NCBI GenBank assembly: GCA_030704615.1
Contig: CM060734.1
Coordinates: forward strand, 44,268,001-44,332,000
From: Takakia lepidozioides
Taxonomy: Eukaryota > Plantae > Bryophyta
Direction: 5' to 3'
DNA: 64,000 nucleotides
The position numbers were made by a program, and so were the translations under genes. The notes beneath the pieces are model-generated. The model was not told the origin of the DNA, searched no databases, and saw only the letters and a list, made by a program, of their open reading frames with translations. This document shows, one piece after another, positions 63,183 through 64,000 of this stretch (positions within the stretch are counted from its first letter, which is position 1; the number at the start of each line of letters is the position of its first letter).

Positions 63183-64000
63183 ATGTCGATGAATTTGAAG
63201 TACTCAGGCAGCGATGTCAGCCAGATCGGCATCCACAGGGCAGCAATGGTCAAGAGTATGTATGAGGATGTGCGTGCCAATTTCCCCTACTATGATCCCA
63301 GAAAAAAACATCCAGTGTTCATGGAGAATGCAGGTGGCAGTCAGTGTCCTTCTGTGGTGGTTGATGCCATCGGCAACTACATGAGGAATTCATATGTACA
63401 GCTGGGTGCTGGATACGAGCTCTCCAATCGGGCGACTGAGACCGTAGAATCCGCACATCGATTTATGAAGATTTTCATGAATGCGGAAGGCGTAGGAGAG
63501 GTTGCCTTAGGGCCGTCAAGCTCGCAGCTCGTTGCATCCCTAGGTGAGAGCTACGGCCGTGTATTGAATCCCGGGGATGAAGTGATTGTCCACGAAGCCA
63601 ATCACGAAGCCAATGCAGGGCCATGGGTGAACATGGCAAAACGAGGGGGGTATGGCCTTAAATTTTGGTCAGTAAACCCAGACAATTTTAAATCTAGTTT
63701 GGAGGTATTGGGGAATCTGCTTTCTCCCTCGACTAGGATCGTCGCAGTAAGTCATGTTTCAAATATTTTGGGAGAGATACTTGACGTGGAAAGCGTTGTG
63801 AAATTTGTGAAGGAGAAGGTAGGGTCGAAAAAAGTGAGAGTAGTCGTCGACGGGGTCGCTTATGCGCCCCACAGGGCTCTGGATGTTGCAAAATGGGGAG
63901 TAGATTGGTATGTGTTTAGTACATATAAAACTTATGGGCCTCATATGGCTGCCCTGTTTGGAACTTTTGACGCCTTTGATGATGTGAAAGAGGAAGGACC
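63183..64000 (+). CDS. Class-V PLP aminotransferase / cysteine desulfurase-like protein (runs off the window end)
   Basis: VRANFP..FMENAGGSQ..YVQLGAGY..NHEANAGPW..SHVSNILG..VDGVAYAPHR..VFSTYKTYGPH (PLP lysine). Open and intronless to 64000. Absent from the ORF track because it has no stop in the window. Confidence 0.92.
   Translation, partial: MSMNLKYSGSDVSQIGIHRAAMVKSMYEDVRANFPYYDPRKKHPVFMENAGGSQCPSVVVDAIGNYMRNSYVQLGAGYELSNRATETVESAHRFMKIFMNAEGVGEVALGPSSSQLVASLGESYGRVLNPGDEVIVHEANHEANAGPWVNMAKRGGYGLKFWSVNPDNFKSSLEVLGNLLSPSTRIVAVSHVSNILGEILDVESVVKFVKEKVGSKKVRVVVDGVAYAPHRALDVAKWGVDWYVFSTYKTYGPHMAALFGTFDAFDDVKEEG

Overview
Eukaryotic land-plant genomic DNA, most likely a bryophyte-grade plant (inferred from PLS-class PPR fragments, a SULP2/CysW-like sulfate-permease exon and a bacterial-type class-V aminotransferase). 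Positions 1-48.5 kb are a transposon graveyard with one 500-N gap (27162-27661). It holds captured gene fragments, a repeat-flanked element carrying a decayed protein kinase gene, a CACTA terminus, a nested PPR-derived fold-back centred on a tRNA-like SINE, a decayed Mutator-like (MULE) transposase with a GCM-type zinc domain, a chromovirus Ty3/Gypsy nested in a second Ty3/Gypsy with a very long Gag extension, and hAT/MULE remnants. Positions 49.6-64 kb carry four host genes: a 9-exon peroxisomal-type ascorbate peroxidase (+), a stand-alone UDP-glucose 4,6-dehydratase (RHM N-domain, -), an F-box/kelch protein (-) and the start of an intronless cysteine-desulfurase-like aminotransferase (+). 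The most striking unexplained pattern is a set of different palindromic-site arrays, three of them phased at about 51-53 bp (5 helical turns). One array consists of ATGCGG half-sites resembling the GCM recognition motif and flanks the GCM-domain transposase. All alignments and counts were made by eye, so boundaries are approximate.
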